From Chiloscyllium plagiosum (lineage: Eukaryota), in NCBI RefSeq assembly GCF_004010195.1, contig NC_057720.1:18545191-18600620 (forward strand): a stretch of DNA of 55,430 nt, read 5' to 3'. The notes beneath the pieces were generated by a model. That model saw only the letters and a list, made by a program, of their open reading frames with translations. It searched no databases and was not told the origin of the DNA. This document shows positions 1-12,382 of this stretch, one piece after another; within the stretch, counting starts at the first letter, position 1; the number at the start of each line of letters is the position of its first letter. The position numbers and the translations under genes were made by a program.

Positions 1-460
1 CCAAGGACATGCAGGTCCTTGGCCTCCTCCATCGCCAGACCATGGCAACACGACGCCTGGAGGAAGAGCGCCTCATCTTCCGCCTAGGAACCCTCCAACC
101 ACAAGGGATGAATGCAGATTTCTCCAGCTTCCTCATTTTCCCTCCCCCCTACCTTTTCTCAGTCCCAACCCTCAGACTCAGCACCACCTTCTTGACATGC
201 AATCATCTTCCTGATCTCTCCGCTCCCCCCCCATCTCCGGCCTATCACCCTCACCTTAACCTCCTTCCACCTATTGCATTCCCAACGCTCCTCCCTACCG
301 TTTATCTTAGCCTGCTTGGCACACCTCCTCATTCCTGAAGAAGGGCTTATGCCCGAAACGTCGATTCTCCTGTTCCTTTGATGCTGCCTGACCTGCTGCG
401 CTTTTCCAGCAACACATTTTTCCGCTCTGATCTCCAGCATCTGCAGTCCTCACTTTCTCC
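1..460 (+). mobile_element. Penelope-like element (family A), C-terminus of GIY-YIG ORF plus 3' end; truncated by window edge
   Basis: Peptide RRLEEERLIFRLGTLQPQGMN is typical of the PLE endonuclease C-terminus; followed by a pyrimidine-rich UTR and a hammerhead motif. Homologous to 43465-44378 and 55058-55430. Confidence 0.85.
330..367 (+). ncRNA. Minimal type-I hammerhead ribozyme motif in PLE 3' end
   Basis: CTGAAGA (335-341), stem II GGGC-TTAT-GCCC (343-354), GAAAC-GTC (355-362); short imperfect stem I (attc/gatt). Confidence 0.8.
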
Positions 461-885
461 AAATTAAAACTAGTAGTCAGTCTTAGAATAAATGATCAAT
501 AATTTCGGACTGAGATGAAAGATTTTTTTAAAGGGAGGATTATGAATCTTGGGAATTCTGCACCCTAAACAGTTGTGGATATTCAAGGTGGAGATTGTTC
601 AAGATTAGGATATTAAGGAAATTGAAAAATATTGTTAAAATAAGAAGGCAGAGTTGAACTAAGCTGTGGTCTTATTTAATTATGTAGCAGACACAGAATG
701 TTCTTGTCCAACTTCCTTTCTTTGTTATGATGAGTATTTCAGTGGACACACCACCTTATTTCAATGCTCTGGCCTCTAATTTGTCCCTACCCAAACTTGC
801 ACCAAGTACTTTTTAACCTCTTTCCCCTTGTGCTTCAGGTCCACATTGACTCTGGTTAAACAGTCCATAAGTTTTAAAATTCTGT

Positions 886-1221
886 AGAATCATAGAGTCC
901 ATACCATTTGGAAACAGGCTATTTGGTCCAACAAATCACATTGACCCACCAAAGAGTATCCCACCCAGACCCAAGCCCTTACCCTATATTTTTCATGGCC
1001 AACACACCTAACCTACACATCCCTGGACACCACAGGGCAATTTAGCATGGATGATCCACCTAACTTGCAAATCTTTGTACTGCGGATGAAAATTGGAGCA
1101 CCAGAGGAAACCCACACAGACATGGGGAGAATGTGCAAACTCTGCACAGTCACCCGAGGGTGAAATTGAACCTGGCTCCCTGGCGCTGTGAGGCAGCTAT
1201 GCTAACCATTAAACCATTGCC
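886..1221 (-). mobile_element. HE1-type tRNA-derived V-SINE, diverged
   Basis: Reverse complement of the copies at 16907 and 53783 (gtgcaaactc, tttagcatgg motifs). Confidence 0.8.
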
Positions 1222-2736
1222 ATCTAGGTTACTCTGAAATTTTTAATTTTCTTATCACCCTAAGCCCTATAATCCTGCACTTCATTGATTCTGGCCACTT
1301 AATCATTTTGCATTTTATTGCTCTGCTCTTGATGAATGGGCCTTCATCTGCCAACTCATTGCTTCACTACCTTACTTTACTTTGAAGTTTCTGAAAGCCT
1401 ACCTCCTGTGAAACCTGAATATTTTCCTTCATTAAAGTTAACATATCAAATTGTTGTTGTGAGTAAGAAAATATAGTCTGTGTTTTTGGAATTTACATTG
1501 TTCACAATGTCAAACTTTTCAGATGGTAAAGGCATAGATCATGTTTTTAGTATGTGGAGGAGAGTTGAAGAGAGAAGTGATATTTTGGAAGGGAAAGATC
1601 TAGAAGGAATGGTCCAACATAACAGATTAAATAAAATCCCAATGCATAGCAATCCCTTCATATCCTTAAATAAAACTCATTGAATTTCCAGTGGGTAGTC
1701 TCATGACGATAATTATTTCTCAATTAATTAATCAGAAGTTACAATTATATCAAAAGATGACCAATTTGCTCCCGATCCCTTCTGACGTGCCAATTGGTTA
1801 TAGATTTTTTTAATCAACCTGTTCAGATGTGTTATGACACACCTCTGCAGCTGATGGGAATTTGGGCGTTCTGGCAAATTGTTTTATATCTGTAATTAAC
1901 TGCATTCCTCAATGTGAACAGTCAACAAGAAAACCGTAACAGCTGAAAACTTAATTATTTACTTATTGTATGCAATAATTTCTCAGGTGCACTAGATGGC
2001 AAACAGTGTCTACCTGATGTCTCTTGAGTTCATGTGACCTTTGATTCAGACAGGTCCATTAAGACTAGAAAGTGATTAATTGTCTCTTTTAGTTTGTGCA
2101 TTGCTGGATTGATCCTGCTCTGAAGGATGAATTAGGAGAGCAAATATTGAGCTCTTACTGCCCAGTTATGTATGTACTGTCCTAGAAGGACTAGAAATCC
2201 TCTAGTCCAATGAAAAATGAGCATATGGTTCGTTATTCTGCTTCATACAGTTTTACCCTCTTTCCAAACCTTGCTAAATATTCATGACTTCATTGCAGTT
2301 TCTGGAATTGTTGTAAGCTCTTAGTAATTAAATGTGTTTTTATTGATTGCCTAAGTAACCCCATTTCCCCTCCCTATTTGTAGTAAATTGTTATTATCGA
2401 ATACTTGGTTGTCCACTTCATCCAAAGGTGACTAAAAACCTAATTGTTTTCTTAGTGCTTCAGAATGGAGGTGTTATGCTTCCATTCTACTTCGATCTGA
2501 ATGACTGATAAATTCAACGTATGATCTATCGTCTCTGATACATGGTGCTTGAAGTGTTAGAAGATAGGTTATTTGGAGGCGTTTGACCTCTTTCCAAGGC
2601 CTCGACTTCACTTTTGCACTCTCCTGTTCATTTATTGTGTTTCATCCCAAGTTAGCCTATGAAATTTTGGTCAGGGTTGCATGGCGGGTAAGACCATAAG
2701 ACCTCAGAGTAGAAGTAAGACAATCAGTCCATCAAT

Positions 2737-2874
2737 TAGGAGAAAGTGAGGACTGCAGATGCTGGAGAGTCAGTCGAAAAGAGTGGTGCTGGAAAAGCAC
2801 AGCAGGTCAAGCAGCATCTGAGGAGCAGGAGAGGCTGACTTGCTGTGCTTTTCCAGCATCATACTTTTTGTCTC
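2737..2874. mobile_element. Fold-back PLE family A terminus inserted in a CR1 3' tail remnant
   Basis: gtgctggaaaagcacagcaggtca ... tgacttgctgtgcttttccagcat inverted arms; flanked by imperfect direct repeats tcagtccatc / tcggtccatc. Confidence 0.7.
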
Positions 2875-3780
2875 ATTCGGTCCATCGAGCCTGCTGTGCC
2901 ATTCAATGAGATCATGTCTCTGATCTGGTAATACTCAACTCCACTTATATGCCTTTTGTTTTTGGGGGTGGTGGTCAGAGAGAGAGAGAAGATGTGCAGT
3001 CTGCACTTGCTTGGAGTTTTAGGATTCTGTGCAGAGAAAGTTATATCTAGAACAACCTGAAAGGCAGATGGGGGTCAGGTTGTGGTAGTGACCCAAGTAG
3101 AGTGATCTACAGGTCTTGGCAAAAATTCTTCCAACCTCCCCTGCTGGTTTCATCCGTCCACCGGTTAGGTTAGTCTAGTCAGAAACCGTTTCCCCTCGCA
3201 AAGCGTCTCTACATTCTTTCCTGCTTATAGTTGGCCAAACTGTGGTCCAGTGGTCAGGGGTTTGATATCAGTCGGAAGTCAGGCTGTACTGCTTGGCGGC
3301 CTTTTCATGGTCATAATGCAGCTACGTATCTGGCCATAAGTGGCTGAAGCTAAAAAAAATCAAATCAGTGGCAGTCATGTGTTTATTGGGAGAGTGAAGT
3401 ATCTGCAATATTGCAGTCCTGGAGATAAAGGAGACTGATCCACGATACTTGAAATATTACAGAATGCCAGCAAGATGAATACTGAATATAGATTTCATAG
3501 TATTGGTGTGCAGTGCAGGACAGAAAACATTATTCAGGTATTGAGAGCTTAAGGAACCTTGTCAAGCTTAAAAGATGTCGAGCAAGATTTCTCCACAGGT
3601 TGCAGCTCACACCAGGAAGGAAGAAAATAAGGCAGCAGCTTCTAAACTGAAGTAAAGCATTATTTTTAATCCCATTGATAAAATGTGATCTAGATGTTTC
3701 ATGGAGTTGAGGAATTTGAAGAGAGAAAATCAACAGCCACAGTTTTTCCCAGATCTTTAACAGCACTAACAAAGGTAGAA

Positions 3781-4092
3781 GAGCCTCCACCACTTCCTCT
3801 GGCAGCTTATTCCATACACGTACCACCCTCTGTTGGAAAAAGTTGCCCCGAGGGTCTCTTTTACATCTTTCCCCTCTCACCCTAAACCTATGCCCTCTAG
3901 TTCTGGACTCCACAAACCCCAGGGAAAAGACTTTGTCTATTTATCCTATCCATGCCCCTCATAATTTTGTAAACCTCTATAAGGTCACCCCTCAGCCTCC
4001 AACGCTCCAGGGAAAACAGCCCCAGCCTGTTCAGCCTCTCCTTATAGCTAAAATCCTCCAACCCTGGCAACATCCTTGTAAATCTTTTCTGA
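3781..4092 (-). mobile_element. CR1 LINE 3' fragment
   Basis: Translation SRTRGHRFRVRG...FFQQRVVRVWNKLP is the CR1 ORF2 C-terminus. Confidence 0.85.
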
Positions 4093-4142
4093 ACTTAAAA
4101 TATAAATATGAAGTATTTTTCATAGCTCGGTTCTTGTTGTAG

Positions 4143-4388
4143 TCACCCTCAGAAGACCATTCCACCCAGACCCACCCTATCCCTGTAACCCTGCATGTTT
4201 TTGGACACTGTGGGCAATTTAGCTTGACAAATCCACCTAACCTGCATATTTTTGGGAGGAAACCAAAGCATCTGGAGACGACACAGGAAGAGCGTGCAAA
4301 CTCCGTACAGACTGGCCTAAAGGTGGAATTGAAGCTGGGTCTCTGGAGCTGTTAGGCAGCAGTGCTAACCATTGACCCACTTTGCCGA
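4143..4388 (-). mobile_element. HE1-type SINE, diverged
   Basis: Homology to other copies (ggcagcagtgctaacca; gtgcaaactcc). Confidence 0.75.
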
Positions 4389-4390
4389 CT

Positions 4391-4522
4391 AATTACATTG
4401 CTGTTTGAAGAATCTTGCTGAGCATAAGTTGGCAGCTGCTTTAATCTGTGCAATGACAGAATATTTCAAACTGGATTTGAATGCCTTGGAATGAGAGTGC
4501 AATATAAGTGGAAGTTATTTCT
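4391..4522 (+). mobile_element. Deu-domain SINE (SacSINE1-like) 3' remnant
   Basis: cattgctgtttg...ttgctgagcataagttggcagctgc resembles the recalled DeuSINE consensus 3' part. Confidence 0.5.
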
Positions 4523-4777
4523 TTTAAATATTTTCCTTGTATTAAGTTAATCTCTATCATTTGATCATTTTAAAATTTGCAAATTGACTTTTGATTCAAT
4601 CAGAAGTTCATATAAAATTATGTACCCATGTTCTGAGTTAATTATTTATGGTTCCTCTGAAATTAATAAAACCAGTTGTAAAATTTCTTTTTCTAAATAG
4701 TTTGAATCCTCCTTTTTATAGTGTGTACGTCATCTTTATGACAAGCATTGATACTTTGTTCCACTACGGACAACTGG

Positions 4778-4857
4778 ATGGATAACTTATTAGCTTTGAG
4801 AAAGAGGTTAATGAGGACTGAGAAAACCTCACAAAGCTCAAGAACAGACTTTAGCAG
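4778..4857 (+). CDS. CCDC18: CCDC18-like, first coding exon (MDNLLALRKRLMRTEKTSQSSRTDFS)
   Basis: Candidate acceptor after a pyrimidine tract (ttttatag, AG 4720-4721); in-frame TGA at 4739 upstream of ATG 4778; donor AG|gttaga. The phase-2 end matches the next exon. The peptide resembles the recalled CCDC18 N-terminus (LLANVASLRHELKITEWSLQSLGEELS). Confidence 0.7.
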
Positions 4858-5011
4858 GTTAGAATTTTAATAACAACTATTATTATAGCTTCAATTATCA
4901 TAGAATCATACAGTTACAGCACAAAAGCAGGAAGTCCCCACTTGATTGTTAGTGCATTCCAGTAAATTAGTATTGGATGTTTGGAGGAGTGATCAATGCT
5001 CCTGAACTATT

Positions 5012-5650
5012 TTTAATTCACTCATGGAATGTGGATGTTGCTGGCTAGTCAGCGTTTATTGCCCATTCATAGCTGGTATTCTTAATGTGCAAGCAGGACT
5101 TTGCTCAAGGTTGTGCTGTGGTCACACTTACCAATACTGTCATGAACAGATGCATCTGCAGGCAGTAGATTGGTAAGGATGAAGTCAAGTATGTTTTTCC
5201 CTTTTGTTGGTTTCCTTGCCACCTACTGCACACCCAGTCTGGTACCTATGTCTTTTAGATCCTGAACAGCTTGATCAGTAGTGCTGCTGCCTCTTTTGGT
5301 GATGGATGTTGAAATGCCCTACCCAGAGTACATTCTGTACTCTTGATTTGGACCCTTGTCTGTACCCTTGCCACCCTTAGTGCTTCCTCCAAATGTTGTT
5401 CAACATGGAGGAGTAATGTTTCATCAGCCAAGAGGCAGTGGTATTTGATAATCAGCTGAAAGTTTCCTTACCTCTGCCATGAAACTTCATGGGATCCAGA
5501 GTTGAAGTTGAGGACTTTCAATTTCTTCTCAACTCTGTACCACTGTGCTGCCATGTTGACTCTGTCATGTCTGTGGGACAGGGCATTCCAGCATGGTGAT
5601 GGTGGTGTCTGGGATTTTGTCTGTAAGGCATGATTCTGTGAGTATGACTG
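5012..5650 (-). mobile_element. CR1/L2-group LINE remnant (APE endonuclease region plus tail)
   Basis: Minus strand shows degenerate FNIHH...STTDQA...EPTKGKNILDFILT endonuclease motifs; tail motif shared with about 35950-36200. Confidence 0.6.
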
Positions 5651-5749
5651 TCATTTTTGTATTTAACAAACAGTGAGGGTCTCATGCTGATTTTTGTGGT
5701 ACACTACTGAACACTAGTATACAATCACATGAACAGCCTTCCAGCACTA

Positions 5750-7060
5750 CCCTTTGAGTGCTATTACTAAGCCAGTTTCTGATCCATCTCACTAAGTTTC
5801 CCTCAATTCCATGTTTTAAAACTTCGTAATCCATCTCCCATGTGGCTCCTTGTCACAAGGTTTGCTAAAATCCATATAAACTGCATCAACTGAACTTCCC
5901 TTACAATTGGTCACACATTTTCAAAAATTCTAACAAATTTATTAGGCATGCCCTTCCTCTGACAAAGCCATAATGACTATCTCTAACTAATCCAAGTTTT
6001 TCCAAATGGATATTACTTCTCTCCTTCAGAATTCTCTCTAATCGTTTCCCTAACACTGATGTGAGACTCACTGGTCTGTAATTTCCCAGTTCATCTCTAC
6101 ATCTTTCTTGAAAATTGAAACCATATTAGCCATCTTCCAGTCTTGTGGAACTTCTCCTGTCACTAGAGATGAATTAAAAATTTGTGTCAGAGTCCCTGCA
6201 ATGTCCTGCCTCACCTCTCTCAGCAGCCTGGGATATAGTTCATCTGAGCCAGGGAATTTGTTTGTTTTTAAGCCCGTCAGAGCATCCAATGGCTCCCCAT
6301 TTCCTATATCAAACTGTGCAAGTTCCTCACAGTTTTTTTGTACCTACATTCTGTACCTACATTCTCCTTTTCCAGAGCATAGACTGAAGAGAAGTATTCA
6401 TTTATATCCTTCCAATATCCTGTGGCTTCATACACCATTGCCTCTTTCCTACTCTTTCCTCCCTAATCCTGTTCACAAGTCCCTTCTCATGTCCCATTTT
6501 TGCTCTTCAAATTGTTATCTTGTATTCTCCCTTGCATTTCTTGTATTCCTCTAGGGCCACGGCTGAATTGCCCCTTTTGGATTCTTCTTTTTTATCCACT
6601 CCTGAATTGTCCTAGACATCCAAGGTTCCCTAACTTGTTGCTCCTGTAATTCCCTCCAAAGGGTGCATGTTGGGCCTGTACTCTCCCCAGCTCCTTTGTT
6701 GAATGCTTCCTTCTTATGTGCAAGGAGCTGTTCCAAATCAACTTTGACCAGATCCTGTTTTTTTAATAATAAAATCTGCCTTCCCTGAATCCAAAGCTAT
6801 CTTTTGAAGACCCTCTTTTCTCCTTGTCCGTAACAAATTTAAACAGTACTGTGTTGTGGTTGCTACTGCAAAAATATTCCCACACTGCCATGTTGAACAC
6901 TTCATTCCCCAGAATCAGAGTCAGCACTGTGCCATCCCTAGTTGGGTCTTCTACATATTGATACAAAAAACTCACTTGGATACATTGAAGACATTAGACC
7001 CCTCTAAGCATTTAACACTGATTATCCTAATTTATATTGGGAAAATTTGAAATTCCCTTG
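5750..7060 (-). mobile_element. CR1 LINE ORF2 fragment (endonuclease, linker, RT start), degenerate
   Basis: ORFs FPGSDELYPRLLRE...PQDWKMANMVSIFKK and QYVEDPTRDG..LILGN. Confidence 0.85.
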
Positions 7061-7430
7061 GTTAGATTGCTGATTTTTCTGATGCCTTTTCTAGTGCTTA
7101 AGTTGTTGCTGGGTGGTCAGTCCAGTTTCGTTTTTCCGTTGAGACTTTGTAACACTTAATACAACTGATTGACTTTCTAGGCCAATTCAGAAGTAAGTTG
7201 AGTGTCAACCACATGGCTATGGCTTTACAGTCACATGTAGGCCAGACCCGGTAAGGATGGCATCAGTGAGCCCGATTGGATTTTTCAACAATTGACAATT
7301 GATTTGTGATGATCATTAGGTTTCTTAGCCCTATCAATTCTTCACTCTCAAATATAAGTTCACCTCTCACTGTGAAATCTGCCTCCACCAGTCTCCCAGA
7401 TAGTGCATTCCAAATCCTAACAGCTCTCAG

Positions 7431-7752
7431 GGTGGCACCGTTGGCTCAGTGGTTTGCACTGCTGCCTCGTAGTACCAGTGAGCTGGGTTCGATTCCAGCT
7501 TCGGGTGACTGCCCCCCCCATGTCTATGAGGGTTTTGTCCCACCGTCCAAAGATGTACAAACTAGGCGGATTGGTCAAGCTAAATTGTCCCATAGTGTCT
7601 AGGAATGTGTAGGTTAGGAACGTTAGCAATGGTAAATGCAGGGTTACAGGGATAGAGGTAGGGGGCTAGTTTTGTGTGGGATGCTCTTCAGAGGGTCAGT
7701 GCAGACCTGATGGCTGAACAGTCTCTTTCCAAGCTTATAGGGATTCTATGAA
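7431..7752 (+). mobile_element. HE1-type SINE with GATTCTATG tail, inserted in a CR1 3' end
   Basis: Box A tggctcagtgg, box B ggttcgattcc, V-domain motif gctaaattg. Confidence 0.8.
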
Positions 7753-8288
7753 TAAAGAAGTTTCTCTTCTCACTCTTAGCTCTCTTTCTGACAATCTTGA
7801 AATTGTGACAACTAGTTATTTACATACCAGCTAGTTTAAACAGTCCTTCTTTACATGTCAAAATTGTTCATAATTCTGAACTCCTCAATAATGTTATCTC
7901 TTAATCTTGTCTGCTCCAATGAGAATAAGCCCAAATTTCTCTCATCTTCCCTTGTATCTAAAACCCCTTATCCCAGGTATATTCTAGTAAATCTCCTTTG
8001 AACAATCTCAAGGGCTTTAACATCCTTGCTTAAATAAGATGCCCAGAACTGGACACAATATTCCAAATGTAGTCTGACCAATGATTTGCAGAAGTGTTGC
8101 ATCACTTCCTTGCTTTTATAATTAGAGGCATAGAATATAAACTCAAGAGTTTTATAAGCCTCCTTAACTGTTTCAACTAGCCTGGCCACCATCAGATAAT
8201 TATGCATGTGAAACCCAAGATCTCTCTGCTCCTGTGCTCCCCTTGAAGTTGTAACATTGAACCTGTATTGTTTCTTCTACCAAAATGC

Positions 8289-8292
<4 letters not shown>

Positions 8293-8328
<36 letters not shown>
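8293..8328. repeat. (TC)18 microsatellite
   Basis: Direct reading. Confidence 0.95.
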
Positions 8329-8331
<3 letters not shown>

Positions 8332-8912
8332 ATGGTCGAGTAGGATTCCTGAGCCAGAGCTCATTCACTCTTCCTTTTTCTCTTTTTTTTTATTGTGCTT
8401 CTTTTTCCCTTCTTTTTGCCCATCTCTTATCCTTGAGCCTCGTCAAGTCATCGCAGATACCTGGCCTCAAGTGCTTTGAGGTGAAGCCAGTGTGGACTCA
8501 TGGCTTCAACATGGACTCCCAGCCTCAAGGTAAAGCCAGCACAGACTTCCGGTCTTCAGGTGAATCCAGAGTGGACTCCCAGCATTCCTAGGCTAGAGAG
8601 CCTCGAGATGAATCCTGGCGTGGTCTGGAAGCGTATGTTGGTGCAGACTGGGTTGGAAGAACTGTTATTCTGAACTTTTTAATTTCTTTATTTTTCCAAT
8701 TTAATCCTATGATTTTGTACTTTTGTGCCTAAGTTGGTGTGAAGGTCTGTAAAGCTGGACCTTTTATTTCTTTATTTTTCTCATTCTTTTCCACAGAATT
8801 TGTACTTCAGAATCTGCACCTTTTGTACCTAAGATGACCCCATAATTAGCAACTTGTAAACTTTTCACTATACTCATGTGAGTACATTTGACAATAAAGC
8901 AAATTCTAATTC
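8329..8912 (+). mobile_element. Non-coding insertion, probable non-autonomous retroelement
   Basis: Cleanly interrupts a CR1; ends gagtacatttgacaataaagcaaattctaattc (AATAAA plus short repeat tail), reminiscent of Rex1/Babar-type 3' ends. Confidence 0.45.
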
Positions 8913-9434
8913 ACATTTCTCTACGTTGAAATTTATCTTCGAGGTGTCTGCCCACTTGGCCAACTTGTCAATGTCACTCTGAAGTCATTCAGCATTATCT
9001 TCATAATTCACAATTCTCCCTTGCCTAATATCTGTAAGTTTATAGATCGCATGATACAGAAATAGGTTATTTGGGTTTTGAGTCTGTTCTGCCATTCAGT
9101 ATGATCATGGCTAATCTGATTGTGATTTCAGTCCACTTTCTAGACTACCAGCCAAATGCTTTGTTCGCTGAGAAACATGACTGAGATTACAGTCATGCTA
9201 GGCTGATAGGTGGCAAGTAACATTCAAACCATGCAATGCCAAGCAATGGCCATCCCCCATGACAGTCAGTGGCAGTTCCATTGCTGAATTCTTACATGCT
9301 GGATGGCTATCATTCACCAGAGCCTAAATTGGACCAGCTATGTAAATACTGTGTCTATGAGTGCAGGTCAGAAGTTATGAATTATATGGCAAGTAACTCA
9401 CTTGCTAATTTTCCCAAAATCTGTCCACTATCTA

Positions 9435-9905
9435 CACATCAGGATTAGGACAATAAGAAGTAGGGAACAGAATGAGGCCTTTCGGCCTCTTGAGACTGCT
9501 CTGACACTCCACTTCCTTATGTTTTTCCCGAAATCCTCAATTCCCGTACTGATCAAGTATCTATCTATCTCTGCCTTAAATATACGCAAGGACTCTGCCC
9601 CAGTGGTTCTCTGTAGCAAGGAGTTCCGAAGGCATTCGACTCTCTGAGAGAAGAAATGTTTCCTCATCTCAGTCTTAAATTGGCACCCCTTAGTTCTGAA
9701 ACAATGCTGTCTAGTCATAGACTTTCTTATGCAGCTGAGCATCCCCTCCGCATTTCCTCTGTCCATCCCTGAAGAGTCCTAGATGGTTCAGTGAGATCAC
9801 CTCTTATCCTTCTCTATTCCAATGAGTAAAATCCCAACCATTTTAACCTTTGCTTGTAAGACAACCTCTCCCTACCAATGTATGAATCGCTGAACTGTCT
9901 TCAAC
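9435..9905 (-). mobile_element. CR1 LINE 3' fragment
   Basis: FKTEMRKHFFSQRV..RNSL...FKAEIDRYL. Confidence 0.8.
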
Positions 9906-9913
9906 AAATAATA

Positions 9914-10915
9914 CCATGGTGTCCCACAGGGTTCAGTGTTGGGGCCGCAGCTGTTCACGTTATATATTAATGATCTGGATGAAGGGACTGGGGGCATTCT
10001 AGTGAAGTTTGCCGATGATACGAAGATAGGTGGACAGACAGGTAGTACTGAGGAAGTGGGGAGGCTGCAGAAGGATCTCGACAGTTTGGGAGAGTGGTCC
10101 AGGAAATAGCTGATGAAGTTCAATGTGAGCAAATGCGAGATCTTGCACTTTGGAAAAAAGAATACAAGCATGGACTACTTTATAAACGGTGAGAAAATTC
10201 ATAAAGCCAAAGTACAAAGGGATCTGGGAGTGCTAGTCGAGGATTCTCTAAAGGTAAACATGCAAGTTGAATCCGTGATTAACAAAGCAAATGCAATGTT
10301 GTCATTTATCTCAAGAGGGTTGGAATATAAAAGCAGCGATTTGCTACTGAGACTTTATAAAGCTCTGGTTAGGCCCGATTTGGAGTACTGTGTCCAGTTT
10401 TGGTCCCCACACCTCAGGAGGGACACACTGGCACTGGAGCGTCTCCAGCGGAGATTCACACGGATGATCCCTGGAATGGTAGGTCTAACATACGAGGAAC
10501 GGCTGAGGATCTTGGGATTGTACTCATTGGAGTTTAGAAGGTTAAGGGGAGATCTAATAGAAACTTACAAGATAATGCATGGCTTGGAAAGGGTGGACGC
10601 TAAGAAATTGTTTCTGTTAGGCGGGGAGACTGGGACCCATGGGCACAGCCTTAAAATTAGACGGGGTAAATTCAGAACAGAAATGCGGAGACGTTTCTTC
10701 AGCCAGAGAGTGATGGGCCTGTGGAATTCATTGCAGTGGAGGCCGGGACGCTAAATGTCTTCAAGGCAGAGATTGATAAATTCTTGATGTCACTAGGAAT
10801 TAAGGGCTACGGGGAGAATGCGGGTAAGTGGAGTTGAAATGCCCATCAGCCATGATTAAGTGGCGGAGTGGACTCGATGGGCCGAATGGCCTTACTTCCA
10901 CTCCTATGTCTTATG
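9914..10915 (+). mobile_element. 5'-truncated CR1 LINE (RT C-half plus 3' UTR and tail)
   Basis: GVPQGSVLGP, KFADD, MKFNVSKC, LEYCVQFWSP motifs; tail tcctatgtcttatg. Confidence 0.93.
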
Positions 10916-11397
10916 TGAATTAAAACTGCTCACAACACCCAAGATGTGCTCTCGTCACTTTCTACAGTTGCTGAACAACTTCGTACGATCCCATTGAAAT
11001 ATGAGCTAACATCCATGAAGGTTTCTGATTACCCACTGCACCTGTGTGTCGCTTTGTGTTTTGTGCACAGGTACCCCAAGTCTCTTTTAAACAACTTCTC
11101 ATTTATATAGTACTTTTTTTTTGTCCTACCTTCCAAAATGAGCAACCTAACATTTTCCCATAACGTTTTTAATTTGTGAACGTTTTGCCCACTTACTTAA
11201 CCTATCGTTGTCTCTTTCTCAACAGTTTGAATCCCTCTTGCAACTTGCTTTTCCATCCTTTTCATTTGTCATCTGAAAGTTTGTCTACTTTAAATGACTT
11301 AGAGGAAGGAAGTAAATTTATATTTATTGTGGAAAACCGGCGGTGGTCGAGTACTAGTCCCTGTGGAATCTCATTGGTTTTAAATCACCAACCTGAA

Positions 11398-11892
11398 GGA
11401 TGTTGTGAAATTTGAAAGGGTGCAGAAAATATTTACAAAAATGTTGCCAGGGTTGGATGGTTTGAGCTAGAGAGGAAGGCTGAATAGGCTAGGGCAGTTT
11501 TCCCTGGAGCATCAGAGGCTGAGAGGTGATCTTATAGAGGTTTGTAAAATCATGAGGGGCATGGATAGGATAAATAGACAAGGACTTTTTTTTCTGGGGT
11601 GGGGGAGTCAAAAACAAGAGGGCATAGGTTTACGGTGTGAGGTGAAAGATCTAAAACGGACCCAAAGGGCAACATTTTCACCGAGGATGGTGCGTGTATG
11701 GAATGAGCTGCCAGAGGGAGCGATGGAGGCTGGTAGAACTACAACATTTAAATTGGGGTAAATGAATAGGAAGGGTTTGGAGAGATATGGGCCAAATTCT
11801 GGCAAATGGAATTAGATAAGGTTAGAATATCTGGTTGGCACGGACGAGTTGGACTGAAATGTCTGTCCTCTGCATCTCTTATGACTCTATGA
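11398..11892 (+). mobile_element. CR1 LINE 3' fragment
   Basis: RVQKIFT..LPG / VRVWNELP motifs; tail atgactctatg. Confidence 0.85.
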
Positions 11893-12277
11893 AAAAGAAT
11901 CCTCTCTGCCCACTTGCTATTTCTTGTCTATCAGTGAATTCTCTGTTCATGCCAATATAGTATCTCCAACACCATGGGCTCTTATGACTTGACCTTTTGT
12001 GAGGTACCTTGTTGAATGCCTTTCGGAAATCCAAATACTACACATTTACTGGTTCTCTTTAATCCATCTTGGTTGAGACTTACTCAAACACTAATAAATT
12101 AGCCAGACACACTTTTCGTTTGAAGCCATGCTGACTCTGCTTGGTTAGATTATGATTTCTCAAATATATGTTACTACTTCCTTAATAATTGATTACATCA
12201 ATTTTCCAACAATAGATGTTAGGTTAATTGGCTTATTGTTACTCAGTTTTTGCTTGTATTCTGGAGAAGCACCCTTC

Positions 12278-12380
12278 AATGCTTCCTTATTCCTGATGAA
12301 GGGCTTTTGTCCAAAACGTCGAATTTTCTGCTCCTCGGATGCTGCCTGACCTGCTGTGCTTTTTCAGCGCCTCTCTAATC
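12278..12380 (+). mobile_element. Short PLE family A-like 3' end with decayed hammerhead
   Basis: attc-CTGATGA-a-gggc-tttt-gtcc-AAAACGTC-gaat followed by gatgctgcctgacctgctgtg as at 380-420. Confidence 0.75.
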
Positions 12381-12382
12381 TA

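Larger units (their letters stand above)
7753..9030 (-). mobile_element. Old CR1 LINE fragment interrupted at about 8293-8911
   Basis: LVRLHLEYCVQFWASY...VQRRFTRI; the LINE sequence resumes at acatttctctacgttgaaa (about 8913). Confidence 0.8.

Noticed and set aside
460..4720. CCDC18 promoter or non-coding first exon
   Set aside because: No CpG island or recognisable promoter; probably upstream of the window.
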